From contig NZ_PQWO01000003.1 in assembly GCF_003231495.1 (NCBI RefSeq), positions 90,001-122,000 of the forward strand: DNA of 32,000 nt, in the 5' to 3' direction. The DNA is from Acaryochloris thomasi RCC1774 (GTDB lineage Bacteria > Cyanobacteriota > Cyanobacteriia > Thermosynechococcales > Thermosynechococcaceae). The first letter of the stretch is position 1, and each line of letters begins with the position of its first letter. This document shows positions 23,190-31,726 of this stretch, piece after piece. The notes beneath the pieces are model-generated. The model was not told where the DNA came from. It searched no databases and saw only the letters and a program-made list of their open reading frames with translations. The position numbers were made by a program, and so were the translations under genes.

Positions 23190-24971
23190 ATGAGTTCGTT
23201 AGATTCACGTCGCCGCACTAAAATTGTTGCCACCGTTGGCCCTGCGATCGCAAATCCAAAAATGTTGAGGGCCGTCATTGAAGCCGGAGCCACCACCCTC
23301 CGCCTCAACTTTTCCCACGGTACCCACGAAGATCACCAGCGATCCATCCAACTCATTCGGCAAATCTCTTACGAACTCCAGCAGCCCGTCGGCATCCTTC
23401 AAGATCTGCAGGGGCCCAAAATTCGACTAGGCAAGTTCGCAGACGGCCCCATCACGCTCAAACGTGATGATCCCTTTACGCTCACCAGTCGTCAGATGCC
23501 TGGCACCCAAGAGATCAGCTCCGTTACCTATCCACTATTGGCCGACGAAGTCCCGGACGGAGCCACCATTCTGCTAGACGATGGCCGTGTCGAGATGAAA
23601 GTGGAGTCCGTTGACAAAGCAACCAAATCCCTTCAGTGCCGCGTGGTTGTGGGTGGCCCCCTCTCCAATGCAAAGGGCGTTAATTTTCCCGGCGTCTATC
23701 TCTCCATCAAAGCCTTAACAGATAAAGACAGAGTCGATCTAAAATTTGGCCTTTCTCAGGGGGTTGACTGGGTCGCCCTCAGCTTTGTTCGCAATCCGCA
23801 AGATGTTGTCGAAATCAAAGAACTCATCTCATCCGCCGGTAAATCGATCCCCGTGATCGCCAAGATCGAAAAACACGAAGCCATTGAGCAGATGGAAGAT
23901 ATTCTCTCCCTCTGCGATGGCGTGATGGTCGCTCGGGGTGATCTGGGCGTTGAACTCCCCGCAGAGGAAGTTCCGATGCTGCAAAAGCGACTGATTTCCA
24001 CGGCTAATCGCCTCGGCATCCCGGTGATTACCGCCACTCAGATGCTCGACAGCATGGTCAACTCCCCCCGGCCTACACGCGCTGAAATCTCAGACGTCGC
24101 CAATGCCATCCTGGACGGCACCGATGCCGTCATGCTCTCAAATGAAGCCGCCGTGGGCAATTACCCTGTCGAAGCCGTCGAAACAATGGCTCGCATTGCG
24201 GAGCGCATTGACCAGGAACGCAGCCTCAGCCAGCAGCCCACCGTGGGTACTGCCGAGCGCTCTATCCCCAACGCCATTAGCCAAGCCGTTAGCCAGATTG
24301 CCCACCAGCTCAAGGCCAAGGCCATCCTAACGCTAACCAAAAGTGGGTCCACCGCTCGGAACGTATCCAAGTTTCGCCCCAACATTCCCATTCTTGCCGT
24401 CACGCCGCACATGGAAGTGGCTCGACGGTTGCAGATGGTCTGGGGTGTACACCCCCTGATGGTAGTCAACTTCCCCTCAACGCGCCAAACACTGCAGGCA
24501 TCGCTCAATTCAGCCCAAGAACAGGGGCTAGTGGTCGAAGGCGATCTGATTGTCCGCACGGCAGGAACCCTGCAAGGGGTCTCTGGCTCCACTGATTTGA
24601 TCAAAGTTGAGATTGTCACCGCCGTCATGGGACAGGGCAGCGGCATTGGCCAAGGCTCCGTCAGCGGCCGCGCCAGAGTTGCCCACCACAGTGCAGAGGT
24701 CAGAGATCTTAACGAAGGCGAGATTTTAGTGGCCACACACACTGATGCGTCCTACATCGATGCCATGCGTAAGGCAGCAGGCATCGTCACTGAAGAGAAC
24801 AGCATCAACGGCCATGCGGCGGTTTTGGGCCTGAAGCTGGGCATCCCTGTCATTGTTGGCGTCCACAACGCCACTGAGCTAATCCGCAGCGGTACCTTGC
24901 TCACATTAGATGTGCGCAGAGGTTTGGTTTACTCCGGTGAGCTGTCATCAAGGAACAACGACATCGCTTAA
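23190..24971 (+). CDS. pyk: pyruvate kinase with C-terminal PEP-utilising-enzyme mobile domain
   Basis: RRTKIVATVGPA, TLRLNFSHG, MVARGDLGVELP and the rest of the pyruvate kinase core are present. A ~100-aa C-terminal extension (EGEILVATHTDASYIDAMRKAAGIVTEE...GHAAVLGLKLGIPVIVGV) is as seen in Geobacillus-type and cyanobacterial pyruvate kinases. Confidence 0.95.
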   Translation: MSSLDSRRRTKIVATVGPAIANPKMLRAVIEAGATTLRLNFSHGTHEDHQRSIQLIRQISYELQQPVGILQDLQGPKIRLGKFADGPITLKRDDPFTLTSRQMPGTQEISSVTYPLLADEVPDGATILLDDGRVEMKVESVDKATKSLQCRVVVGGPLSNAKGVNFPGVYLSIKALTDKDRVDLKFGLSQGVDWVALSFVRNPQDVVEIKELISSAGKSIPVIAKIEKHEAIEQMEDILSLCDGVMVARGDLGVELPAEEVPMLQKRLISTANRLGIPVITATQMLDSMVNSPRPTRAEISDVANAILDGTDAVMLSNEAAVGNYPVEAVETMARIAERIDQERSLSQQPTVGTAERSIPNAISQAVSQIAHQLKAKAILTLTKSGSTARNVSKFRPNIPILAVTPHMEVARRLQMVWGVHPLMVVNFPSTRQTLQASLNSAQEQGLVVEGDLIVRTAGTLQGVSGSTDLIKVEIVTAVMGQGSGIGQGSVSGRARVAHHSAEVRDLNEGEILVATHTDASYIDAMRKAAGIVTEENSINGHAAVLGLKLGIPVIVGVHNATELIRSGTLLTLDVRRGLVYSGELSSRNNDIA

Positions 24972-24989
24972 CCGAGCACTCGAACCACT

Positions 24990-25601
24990 CTAAGTCTTAG
25001 CTTCAGGATTAAGTTCAGCCCATCGAGCATGAATATCTTGAATGGTAAATATTGTTTGAAAGTTGAGCTGATGTTCGGCGTACAGCTCACTGCCACCTTG
25101 CTGACGGTCCACCAGCGCCAGAACATGATTGACGGTGTATCCTGCCTTCTGTAAACGCTCCACCGCCTTCAGAGCAGAGGCTCCCGTCGTCACGACATCT
25201 TCAAGCACCACCACCGCACTCCCAGCGGCGAGCTGTGGCCCTTCGAGATAGGCTTGGGTGCCGTGGCCCTTTGGCTCTTTGCGAATAATGAGACCTGGCA
25301 AAGGGCAATCTTCGTAGGCCGAAACAACGCTGACAGCCGAGACAATAGGGTCGGCACCCAATGTTAAACCGGCAACGGCTTGAGTGTTAGACGGAAGCTG
25401 CTGCAAAATGAGCTTACCAATCGCCAGTGCCCCAAGTGGATCTAGCGTTACAGGTTTACCATTGATGTAATAAGTGCTTTTCTGACCAGAGGAGAGGGTG
25501 AAATCACCGGTTTTATAGGCAAACCTACAGAACAAATCGAGGAGGGCCTGTCGGAGTTCTGGGGCAGAGGCAGTAATGAAAGAGGCAGCAGAATCAAGCA
25601 T
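24990..25601 (-). CDS. pyrE: orotate phosphoribosyltransferase
   Basis: GDFTLSSGQKSTYYING and the PRPP-binding motif AVVVLEDVVTTGASA. Confidence 0.93.
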   Translation of the reverse strand: MLDSAASFITASAPELRQALLDLFCRFAYKTGDFTLSSGQKSTYYINGKPVTLDPLGALAIGKLILQQLPSNTQAVAGLTLGADPIVSAVSVVSAYEDCPLPGLIIRKEPKGHGTQAYLEGPQLAAGSAVVVLEDVVTTGASALKAVERLQKAGYTVNHVLALVDRQQGGSELYAEHQLNFQTIFTIQDIHARWAELNPEAKT

Positions 25602-25689
25602 GTGGAGAATTGTAGATAGGACAAGGAATTTTTAGAAGTTGAAATGGGTAAGCTAGATTAGAGACCGATCAATTTTGAAGGATGATGTC

Positions 25690-26058
25690 ATGGGTGTAAA
25701 TATCAAAAAATGGAGTGGGGCCATTGTGCTAGCCGCTCTTGTATCTTCGGCGGGTTCAGCAGCACTGGCCCAAGAGCAAGAAGCCGAATTACCCCCATTG
25801 CGCGAGTCCAGCATTCCTGAGACTGTTTTTCAGAACTCCAGCTTTAATTCGGTTTGGAAAGATCTCTCAATCGTGGGCGACACGAAATTTCTGTTTGGAG
25901 TTGATTACGATGATGCTCGAATCGCCAAAGACGCCCGCAGGATTGAAACACTTTATGATGAGTTACTAGAACAGCAAGATCGCGACAACCCCACAATCCG
26001 AACTCGGGATTTGCCCAACCCCTACGATACGTCAGTATTCGAATTACAGGGTCTATAG
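25690..26058 (+). CDS. small hypothetical secreted protein
   Basis: The track start is TTG 25675; ATG 25690 has AAGGA upstream. Signal peptide is MGVNIKKWSGAIVLAALVSSAGSAALA. No family recognised. Confidence 0.6.
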   Translation: MGVNIKKWSGAIVLAALVSSAGSAALAQEQEAELPPLRESSIPETVFQNSSFNSVWKDLSIVGDTKFLFGVDYDDARIAKDARRIETLYDELLEQQDRDNPTIRTRDLPNPYDTSVFELQGL

Positions 26059-26080
26059 GACAGTTTGAAAAAAGCGTAAA

Positions 26081-26153
26081 TCCAGGGTGCAGGAGTTGAA
26101 CCTGCCTAAGGCGAATTATGAGTTCGCTGCCTCAACCGCTCGGCCAACCCTGG
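26081..26153 (-). tRNA. tRNA with CAU anticodon, probably tRNA-Ile2 (lysidine type); elongator tRNA-Met not excluded
   Basis: The hand-folded reverse complement is CCAGGGT-TG-GCCGAGCGGTTGAGGC-A-GCGAA-CTCATAA-TTCGC-CTTAG-GCAGG-TTCAACT-CCTGC-ACCCTGG-A. The acceptor stem is a perfect 7 bp. The D-arm architecture (TGGCxGAxxGGTTxAxGC) resembles plastid trnI-CAU rather than the usual TAGCTCAG of tRNA-Met. There are no initiator features (no 1:72 mismatch, no GGG/CCC anticodon stem). Confidence 0.85.
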
Positions 26154-26218
26154 AGGTTATGAACAGCTCAAGTTCCTCAGTTCTGGGACTTGGGCTGTTG
26201 TGCGAGTAGCGGTGCCGC

Positions 26219-27073
26219 GTGGCTATAGTGTTCATGGTACATGATATCTGCTATAGTCCATTTCTAGAACCCGGCTCTATCAGTGGCTGTCGGCGTTCTA
26301 TCCCCAACTCTAGTCTGGTTGAAAAGTTGGCTAAGCCGCGTCAAAGTTCGCCCCCGAAAAGCTTCAGGTTGCAAAACCGCTTGGACATCAATGTCAGTCC
26401 GGCTGTGCGTCGGACATTATTATTGGTGGGTTTTATGCTGACGATTGGTGCGGTGTGCGGGCTAACGGGCTACAGCATGGGCTATCAGTCTCTTCGAGGC
26501 ATCACTCAGCCCGCCCTCAATCCTGTGCTGAACGGTGGCGGCGACTCCAGTAAGCGCCGTCCGCAGCAGGGGGCCAGTCTACTGAGTGAAAAAGAAATTG
26601 TGGCGAAGGTCAAAACGAAGACCCGCGGTGCCAAGAAGCCAACGGCTCAGAAGCCTAAGCCAAAGCCTTCTCCCCAAGAAAGCAACAAAGAAGAGTCAGA
26701 CAAAGCCAAGAAAGACAGCAAGCCCCAGTCCTTTCCGGTGAAGACAGAGGCCAAGGGCATGAATCTCGAGGTGCGCTCTTTATCCCAGGATGAAGATGGA
26801 TTGGTGCTAAACGTAGCGCTCCAGAACAATAGCTCTAAGCCGGTCCAGTTTGTCTACACATTTCTCGATGTTGTTGATGATCAAGGGCAGGCGCTGTTAG
26901 CTGAAGCGCAGGGGCTGCCGGCAGATTTTCAGGCTAACAGTGAGACGTTTTACGGCACGATCAAAATCCTGGATGTATCGGGAGACAATATCGAGCGAGT
27001 TTCGCTGACGCTCACGGATTACCCTGATCAGGCGATTAAATTAGAAGCCTTGAATATCCCTGTATTAGAGTAA
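26219..27073 (+). CDS. hypothetical membrane-anchored protein with Lys/Pro-rich linker and C-terminal beta-rich domain
   Basis: One TM helix (LLLVGFMLTIGAVCGLTGY), a low-complexity linker (KKPTAQKPKPKPSPQESNKEESDKAKKDSKPQ), and a ~110-aa C-terminal domain. The start is uncertain: the track start is GTG, and several in-frame ATG/TTG follow before the TM helix. Confidence 0.6.
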   Translation: MAIVFMVHDICYSPFLEPGSISGCRRSIPNSSLVEKLAKPRQSSPPKSFRLQNRLDINVSPAVRRTLLLVGFMLTIGAVCGLTGYSMGYQSLRGITQPALNPVLNGGGDSSKRRPQQGASLLSEKEIVAKVKTKTRGAKKPTAQKPKPKPSPQESNKEESDKAKKDSKPQSFPVKTEAKGMNLEVRSLSQDEDGLVLNVALQNNSSKPVQFVYTFLDVVDDQGQALLAEAQGLPADFQANSETFYGTIKILDVSGDNIERVSLTLTDYPDQAIKLEALNIPVLE

Positions 27074-27157
27074 TCTTAGGATGTTAGTTTTGCTCGCTCC
27101 CGATGGGTAAGCAAGCTAGGGACTGTTCAGCACTCAGCAGGTCAATGTTAAGCGGAG

Positions 27158-28627
27158 ATGGTTAACCTGCACGCTCTATTCTCAATGCCGTTTAGCGTTG
27201 TTGCGCAAGCAGAGCTGGCGGGGTCAGAAATTATCTCGCGGTGTGTTGCGATCGCAACCCTCATTGCCATCAACGCCTTTTTTGTGGCAGCGGAATTTTC
27301 GATTGTGTCTGTTCGCCGCTCCCGCATCAATCAACTGGTGCAGGAAGGTGACGCTCAAGCCAAGACGGTGCAAGGGCTGCAGCGAGAGCTAGACCGCTTG
27401 CTCTCTACGACCCAGCTTGGCATTACGTTATCGAGCTTGGCACTGGGCTGGATTGGTGAAAAGACGATGGCTACGGTAGTCATGGTATGGCTACAGCGCT
27501 GGCCGCTTTCCGATGACACCTCAACAACCGTCGCTCATTCCATTGCGGTGCCGATTGCCTTTGTTGCGATCGCATATCTGCAAATTGTTCTAGGCGAGTT
27601 GTTCCCCAAATCACTAGCGCTGATCTATCCTGAGCGCTTGGCGCGGCTGCTGGGTCCGACAAGCCTCAGCATCGCGCGGCTGTTCAATCCCTTTATTTGG
27701 GTGCTCAAGCAGTCCACACGCTACCTGCTGAGAATTGTCGGCATTCGCTACACCAACCAGAGCTGGGCGAACGACGTCACCCCTGAAGAGCTACAGATGA
27801 TTATCGCCACCTCCACTGCCGTCACTGGCCTTGAAGAAGACGAGCGGGAATTGCTCACCAACGTCTTTGAGTTTGGCGAAGCACAGGTCGAAGAGGTGAT
27901 GGTGCCCCGTACGAGCATTGATGCCATTCCTGAAACAGCCTCCCTCAAAGCCGTTTTAGAAGAAGTGGCCCGCTCCGGCCATGACTACTATCCGGTCACA
28001 GGCGAATCTTTGGACGACATTCGCGGAATGCTGCGGTTCAAAAATCTAGCCGCAGCGCTTGCCAATGACCAGATTTCTCCCGAATCTTCCATTCAAGAGT
28101 GGACTCAAGCCGCTTGGTTTGTCCCTGAAGGCACCCCGATTCGAGACGTTCTACAGCGGATGCAGAAATTCCATCTCGCGATGATGATGGTCCGTGAGGA
28201 CGAGTCTGACGGTACCGCAGGATTAGTCACCCTTACCGATCTAGTAAACGAACTACTCGGGAATGATGATGAACCACCCCCCAGCATGCCCGGCCCTCTC
28301 ATTCAGGAGCAGGATAACCACACCTTCTTAATTCAGGCTCAAACAGACCTTGACTTGGTTAATGAGCAGCTTGCCATTGAGTTGCCGATCACGGATGAGT
28401 ATCAGACATTAGGCGGCTTCGTTCTCTGCCAACTCCAGAAGATTCCGGCGCAGGGCGAACATTGCTTCTATGAAAACCTTAAGCTGACAGTAGCAACGGC
28501 TGAAGGACCGCGCCTCACGCTGATCAAAGTTGAAATAGTGGAGCCCTCTAGCAAAGCAAGTACTCCTGATGAAGCAAATTCGCCAACAACCGTGGAACAA
28601 ACACCCCACGAAGTAGACCAAAGCTGA
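27158..28627 (+). CDS. CNNM/TlyC-family membrane protein (DUF21 TM domain + CBS pair + CorC_HlyC domain)
   Basis: IAINAFFVAAEFSIVSVRRSRI (DUF21 start), a CBS-pair region (VEEVMVPRTSIDAI...GHDYYPV...), and a CorC_HlyC-like C-terminus (TLGGFVLCQLQKIPAQGEHCFYENLKLTV). Confidence 0.9.
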   Translation: MVNLHALFSMPFSVVAQAELAGSEIISRCVAIATLIAINAFFVAAEFSIVSVRRSRINQLVQEGDAQAKTVQGLQRELDRLLSTTQLGITLSSLALGWIGEKTMATVVMVWLQRWPLSDDTSTTVAHSIAVPIAFVAIAYLQIVLGELFPKSLALIYPERLARLLGPTSLSIARLFNPFIWVLKQSTRYLLRIVGIRYTNQSWANDVTPEELQMIIATSTAVTGLEEDERELLTNVFEFGEAQVEEVMVPRTSIDAIPETASLKAVLEEVARSGHDYYPVTGESLDDIRGMLRFKNLAAALANDQISPESSIQEWTQAAWFVPEGTPIRDVLQRMQKFHLAMMMVREDESDGTAGLVTLTDLVNELLGNDDEPPPSMPGPLIQEQDNHTFLIQAQTDLDLVNEQLAIELPITDEYQTLGGFVLCQLQKIPAQGEHCFYENLKLTVATAEGPRLTLIKVEIVEPSSKASTPDEANSPTTVEQTPHEVDQS

Positions 28628-28629
28628 TC

Positions 28630-29397
28630 CTAGCGGCGGCCCTGGAGCTGCATCTTTAAGTAAATGTCAGTGTAGTAGGGGTTGCACTGCATCGCCTTCC
28701 GGTAGGCTGCAACAGCACCTCGATGATCTCCGGTAATGTAGCGCAAACAGCCAAGCCCGTAATGACTATCGGCATGTCTGGGGTTAATCTGCGTTGTCTG
28801 ATCGTAGGCCATCATTGCCTTTTGGTACTTCCCCTGCCGATGAAGGGCTACACCCAAGCCATAATAGGCATTGACCGGATGATTCTGGAGCTGGATGGCA
28901 GCTCTATAAGCTAAAACTGCCCCCGCTAAATCACTAAGCCAGTAGAGTGCACTGCCCAAATTAGAGTGCAGATAGGCACAGTTTGGCTGCAGTCTCAGGG
29001 CCTGACAGAAGGCCAATCTAGCCGCCTCAAAGCAATGCTGCGTATAGAAAACATTCCCCTTACCATTGTGAGCTGCAGCCAAGTGGGGCTGGTGCTGAAG
29101 CGCCTGATCATAGTTCATGCTGGCCTTGGCGTAATCACCCAGGCGGAATCTGTGATGCCCACGCTGTAGCCAAACCTCAGCCCAGTCAGTCTGTCCTGCC
29201 ACCGTGGCCTGGGGCTGAATAAGAGTGGGCACCTCTAATGGACATTCACTCTCAGCAGGGACAGCGGCGGGTGATACCTTAGAACTTCTAGCAGGTTTCG
29301 ATTCCAGCTCAGCAGCCAAACGTAAACCGCGCGTGATTAGGCGACTCATCTGATCGCTCTCTCGCAACGTTATCGTCATTGCACTATCGACAGTCAT
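28630..29397 (-). CDS. tetratricopeptide-repeat (TPR) protein
   Basis: About 5-6 TPR units are readable (YAKASMNYDQALQHQPHLAAAHNGKGNVFY, FEAARLAFCQALRLQPNCAYLHSNLGSALY, ...YQKAMMAYDQTTQINPRHADSHYGLG...). The stop is 2 nt from the convergent CNNM stop. Confidence 0.85.
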   Translation of the reverse strand: MTVDSAMTITLRESDQMSRLITRGLRLAAELESKPARSSKVSPAAVPAESECPLEVPTLIQPQATVAGQTDWAEVWLQRGHHRFRLGDYAKASMNYDQALQHQPHLAAAHNGKGNVFYTQHCFEAARLAFCQALRLQPNCAYLHSNLGSALYWLSDLAGAVLAYRAAIQLQNHPVNAYYGLGVALHRQGKYQKAMMAYDQTTQINPRHADSHYGLGCLRYITGDHRGAVAAYRKAMQCNPYYTDIYLKMQLQGRR

Positions 29398-29430
29398 CGG
29401 TCCAAAAAAAGGGTTGCCAAATATCTTAGC

Positions 29431-30111
29431 CTACCTTTGCTTGAGGTCGTTGAGGCGGGTCTGCGCCTTGGCTATTTGTTGATCAACTTTTGCAGCCATT
29501 TCTCTGAGCAAGTCACGGCCCATTCTCTGGGCTTTATGGGCCTTGAGCTGTAGTTGGCGGAGGTCCGTTTGCCTTAAATCATTGACTTTCTGTTCGATTT
29601 GCATCAAGCGGCGCTGGCTCTGAGCGATCTTACGCATCGTTCGCATAAGCTCAGCTTCGGCTCCCTGCCCCATTACAGATTCTGGACTCAGTTCCCAGTT
29701 GCTGAGAATCGCCTGCAGCCGTTGTTCGTTCCCCTCTTCATAGGCACGGTTAGCGGACGCCATCAGTTCAGCTCGCTTGGCCCGCTCTTCTGGATCCGTC
29801 GCGAAATCGGGATGAATTTGCTTAGCCACTTCTCGGTAGAGCTGCTTGAGACGATCGGAAGGCCGAAAGTCTCTACTAGCCTCTAGATGAGCCGTATATT
29901 CTGCAATCTGAGCCTCAATGCGGTCGAGTTCTTGATGCCGAATACCCACAGACTTTAGATAGCGATGCTCAAAGGCATGTAGGTCGGCCTGAAAGGTGGC
30001 TAAATCTAGCTCACGCTGCGCTAACTGGACCTCTAACTCAAGTAATTCTGCCTGCTTTCTTTGGAGTTCTATCTCTTTAGGGGAAAGGTTTCGAACCAGT
30101 TGACCGCTCAT
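29431..30111 (-). CDS. atypical J-domain protein flanked by coiled coils
   Basis: The central LKQLYREVAKQIHPDFATDPEERAKRAELMASANRAYEEGNEQRL contains the HPD tripeptide and J-domain helix II/III pattern. The N- and C-terminal regions are heptad-like (ELQRKQAELLELEVQLAQRELDL; QIEQKVNDLRQTDLRQLQLK). Start moved to ATG 30111; the track start is GTG. Confidence 0.8.
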   Translation of the reverse strand: MSGQLVRNLSPKEIELQRKQAELLELEVQLAQRELDLATFQADLHAFEHRYLKSVGIRHQELDRIEAQIAEYTAHLEASRDFRPSDRLKQLYREVAKQIHPDFATDPEERAKRAELMASANRAYEEGNEQRLQAILSNWELSPESVMGQGAEAELMRTMRKIAQSQRRLMQIEQKVNDLRQTDLRQLQLKAHKAQRMGRDLLREMAAKVDQQIAKAQTRLNDLKQR

Positions 30112-30209
30112 GCACACATGCTCTCACTTCAAAGGCAAATCCTCCATCGGAGGATAAGTCCTGAGTCACTTCGCCGCTGTTAATGACTGTTTCTTCATTT
30201 AAAGCCACC

Positions 30210-31724
30210 TCATATTTTATTCTGATTGGTAGAGGTCAACAAGGCCAAACTGCTAAGCCCCCCTAACAATAGAAGCAATCCATTGCCCCAGCGCACGTAG
30301 GGAGTTTGAGTCTGACGACGATAGATCTGATGCAAATGTGTCGCAGAAGTTAGGCGTTCAGAGATCCAGAGAGTATGGCCGTGGGGATCCACAACCCCAG
30401 AATATCCCGTGTTGGTCGCTCGGACGGCCCAGCGATCGCTCTCAATGGCTCGCATAATGTCGTGGGCATGGTGCTGCAGCATCATCCGGTGGCTGTAGGG
30501 ATCGTTATTGGAAGCCGTCAAGATAAATTCTCCACCGTGGGCAACCTGAAGACGAAACAGTTCGGGAAAAACTGAGTCAAAACAGATGCCCACCACTGCC
30601 CGGCCCAGGGGGGTATCAAAAGCTTGTCCGGCCTCACCCGGCAGCATGGCTGACTGTAGGGGCGAGAGACGCCCCATCAGCTGACTCAGCGCGGGTGGAA
30701 TATATTCCCCCAAGGGCACCAGCTTTACTTTGTTGTACTGGCTTTGAACGTTGCCAGTGGGTGTAAGGGCAAGAAGACTTTGGGTAATAACGGTTTTGGC
30801 TGAATTTTGAGGCATAAAGGTGCCAATCCAGGCGGGAATCTGTTGCGATCGCACCTCTTCCAACAGCACCCGATGCCTGTAATCTCCCCACTGAAACGGA
30901 AACGCACCCTCCGGCATCAGCACCGCATCAGCACCTTGGCGAGCGAGTGCTTTATACCCTGAAACGTAGGCAGCAATTCCTCTGGCAATCCCAGCGTCAG
31001 AGAGCTTCACGCGAGTCGGGATATTCCCTTGAACCAAGCCCACCTTAATTGCCGCAGCCGGATTCTCTGCGAGCGGTTGACGGTAGAGACTGTAGCCGAC
31101 TAAATGAAGGCCCAACGTCAAGGCACAGGCAATTCCTAAATAGCGCCAGCGATACGTTACGGAGCTAAAACCAGCAGCGATCAAACCGTTCACGGCTATC
31201 AAAGCTGCTGTAATCGCGGTGGTTCCTCCCAACTGACCTAAGTGGAGAATCAGGAGATTAGTCGGGCTCTGGGTGTAAGCGAGGGTTGTCCACCAGAGAG
31301 GAGACTGGGTCCACAACCACTCAAGGGCACACCAGAGGGTTGAGCCGACCAGCAGCCGCGCGGCTAAGCTATAGCGAGGGAACATCCAGGCCATGACCCC
31401 GGACCAGACCATGAGGATAGGTAATCCCCACAGGGTTATGAGCAGCCAGCATAGGGTTGCGATGAGAATACTCGCTAGCCAGGGAACTCCCATCCAGGTC
31501 AGAGGATGTAATCCGGTAATCCACGACAGTGCTGCGCCATGATAGCCCAACCCCCAGAATGCACCAAGAAGCACCGCAGATCTAACGCTTTTGGTTTGCT
31601 GGATCAGCCACCAGAGGGGTGCTAGGGCAAACCAGGCCACCCACCAGGCATTGACGGGGGCAGGGATAATCCCCATCACTAGACCACTGCCAAGAACCAG
31701 GGCATAGGCCCGAATTCCTTTCAT
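30210..31724 (-). CDS. lnt: apolipoprotein N-acyltransferase
   Basis: An N-terminal polytopic membrane domain and a C-terminal CN-hydrolase domain with Glu (VLMPEGAFP), Lys (NKVKLVPLGEYIP) and Cys (VVGICFDSVFPE) catalytic contexts. Confidence 0.92.
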   Translation of the reverse strand: MKGIRAYALVLGSGLVMGIIPAPVNAWWVAWFALAPLWWLIQQTKSVRSAVLLGAFWGLGYHGAALSWITGLHPLTWMGVPWLASILIATLCWLLITLWGLPILMVWSGVMAWMFPRYSLAARLLVGSTLWCALEWLWTQSPLWWTTLAYTQSPTNLLILHLGQLGGTTAITAALIAVNGLIAAGFSSVTYRWRYLGIACALTLGLHLVGYSLYRQPLAENPAAAIKVGLVQGNIPTRVKLSDAGIARGIAAYVSGYKALARQGADAVLMPEGAFPFQWGDYRHRVLLEEVRSQQIPAWIGTFMPQNSAKTVITQSLLALTPTGNVQSQYNKVKLVPLGEYIPPALSQLMGRLSPLQSAMLPGEAGQAFDTPLGRAVVGICFDSVFPELFRLQVAHGGEFILTASNNDPYSHRMMLQHHAHDIMRAIESDRWAVRATNTGYSGVVDPHGHTLWISERLTSATHLHQIYRRQTQTPYVRWGNGLLLLLGGLSSLALLTSTNQNKI

Positions 31725-31726
31725 CC

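Larger units (their letters stand above)
2906..30853. repeat. dispersed HIP1 octamers (GCGATCGC), 19 exact copies
   Basis: Copies found by eye start at 2906, 3500, 6419, 7425, 12167, 13150, 14672, 15249, 16428, 16915, 19942, 20495, 21392, 22959, 23244, 27248, 27566, 30432 and 30846. The chance expectation for a palindromic 8-mer in 32 kb is about 0.5. HIP1 over-representation is a hallmark of many cyanobacterial genomes. Confidence 0.9.

Noticed and set aside
24161-24742. 193-aa ORF antisense to pyruvate kinase. Similar antisense or off-frame ORFs occur in glyS (15524-16946), the UbiH-like gene (19010-20026), metY, the ctp protease gene, the lipoxygenase gene, the Rrf2 gene and lnt.
   Set aside because: All lie wholly inside strongly supported genes. 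They have biased Arg/Ser/Pro/Ala composition, no recognisable family and no ribosome-binding site.
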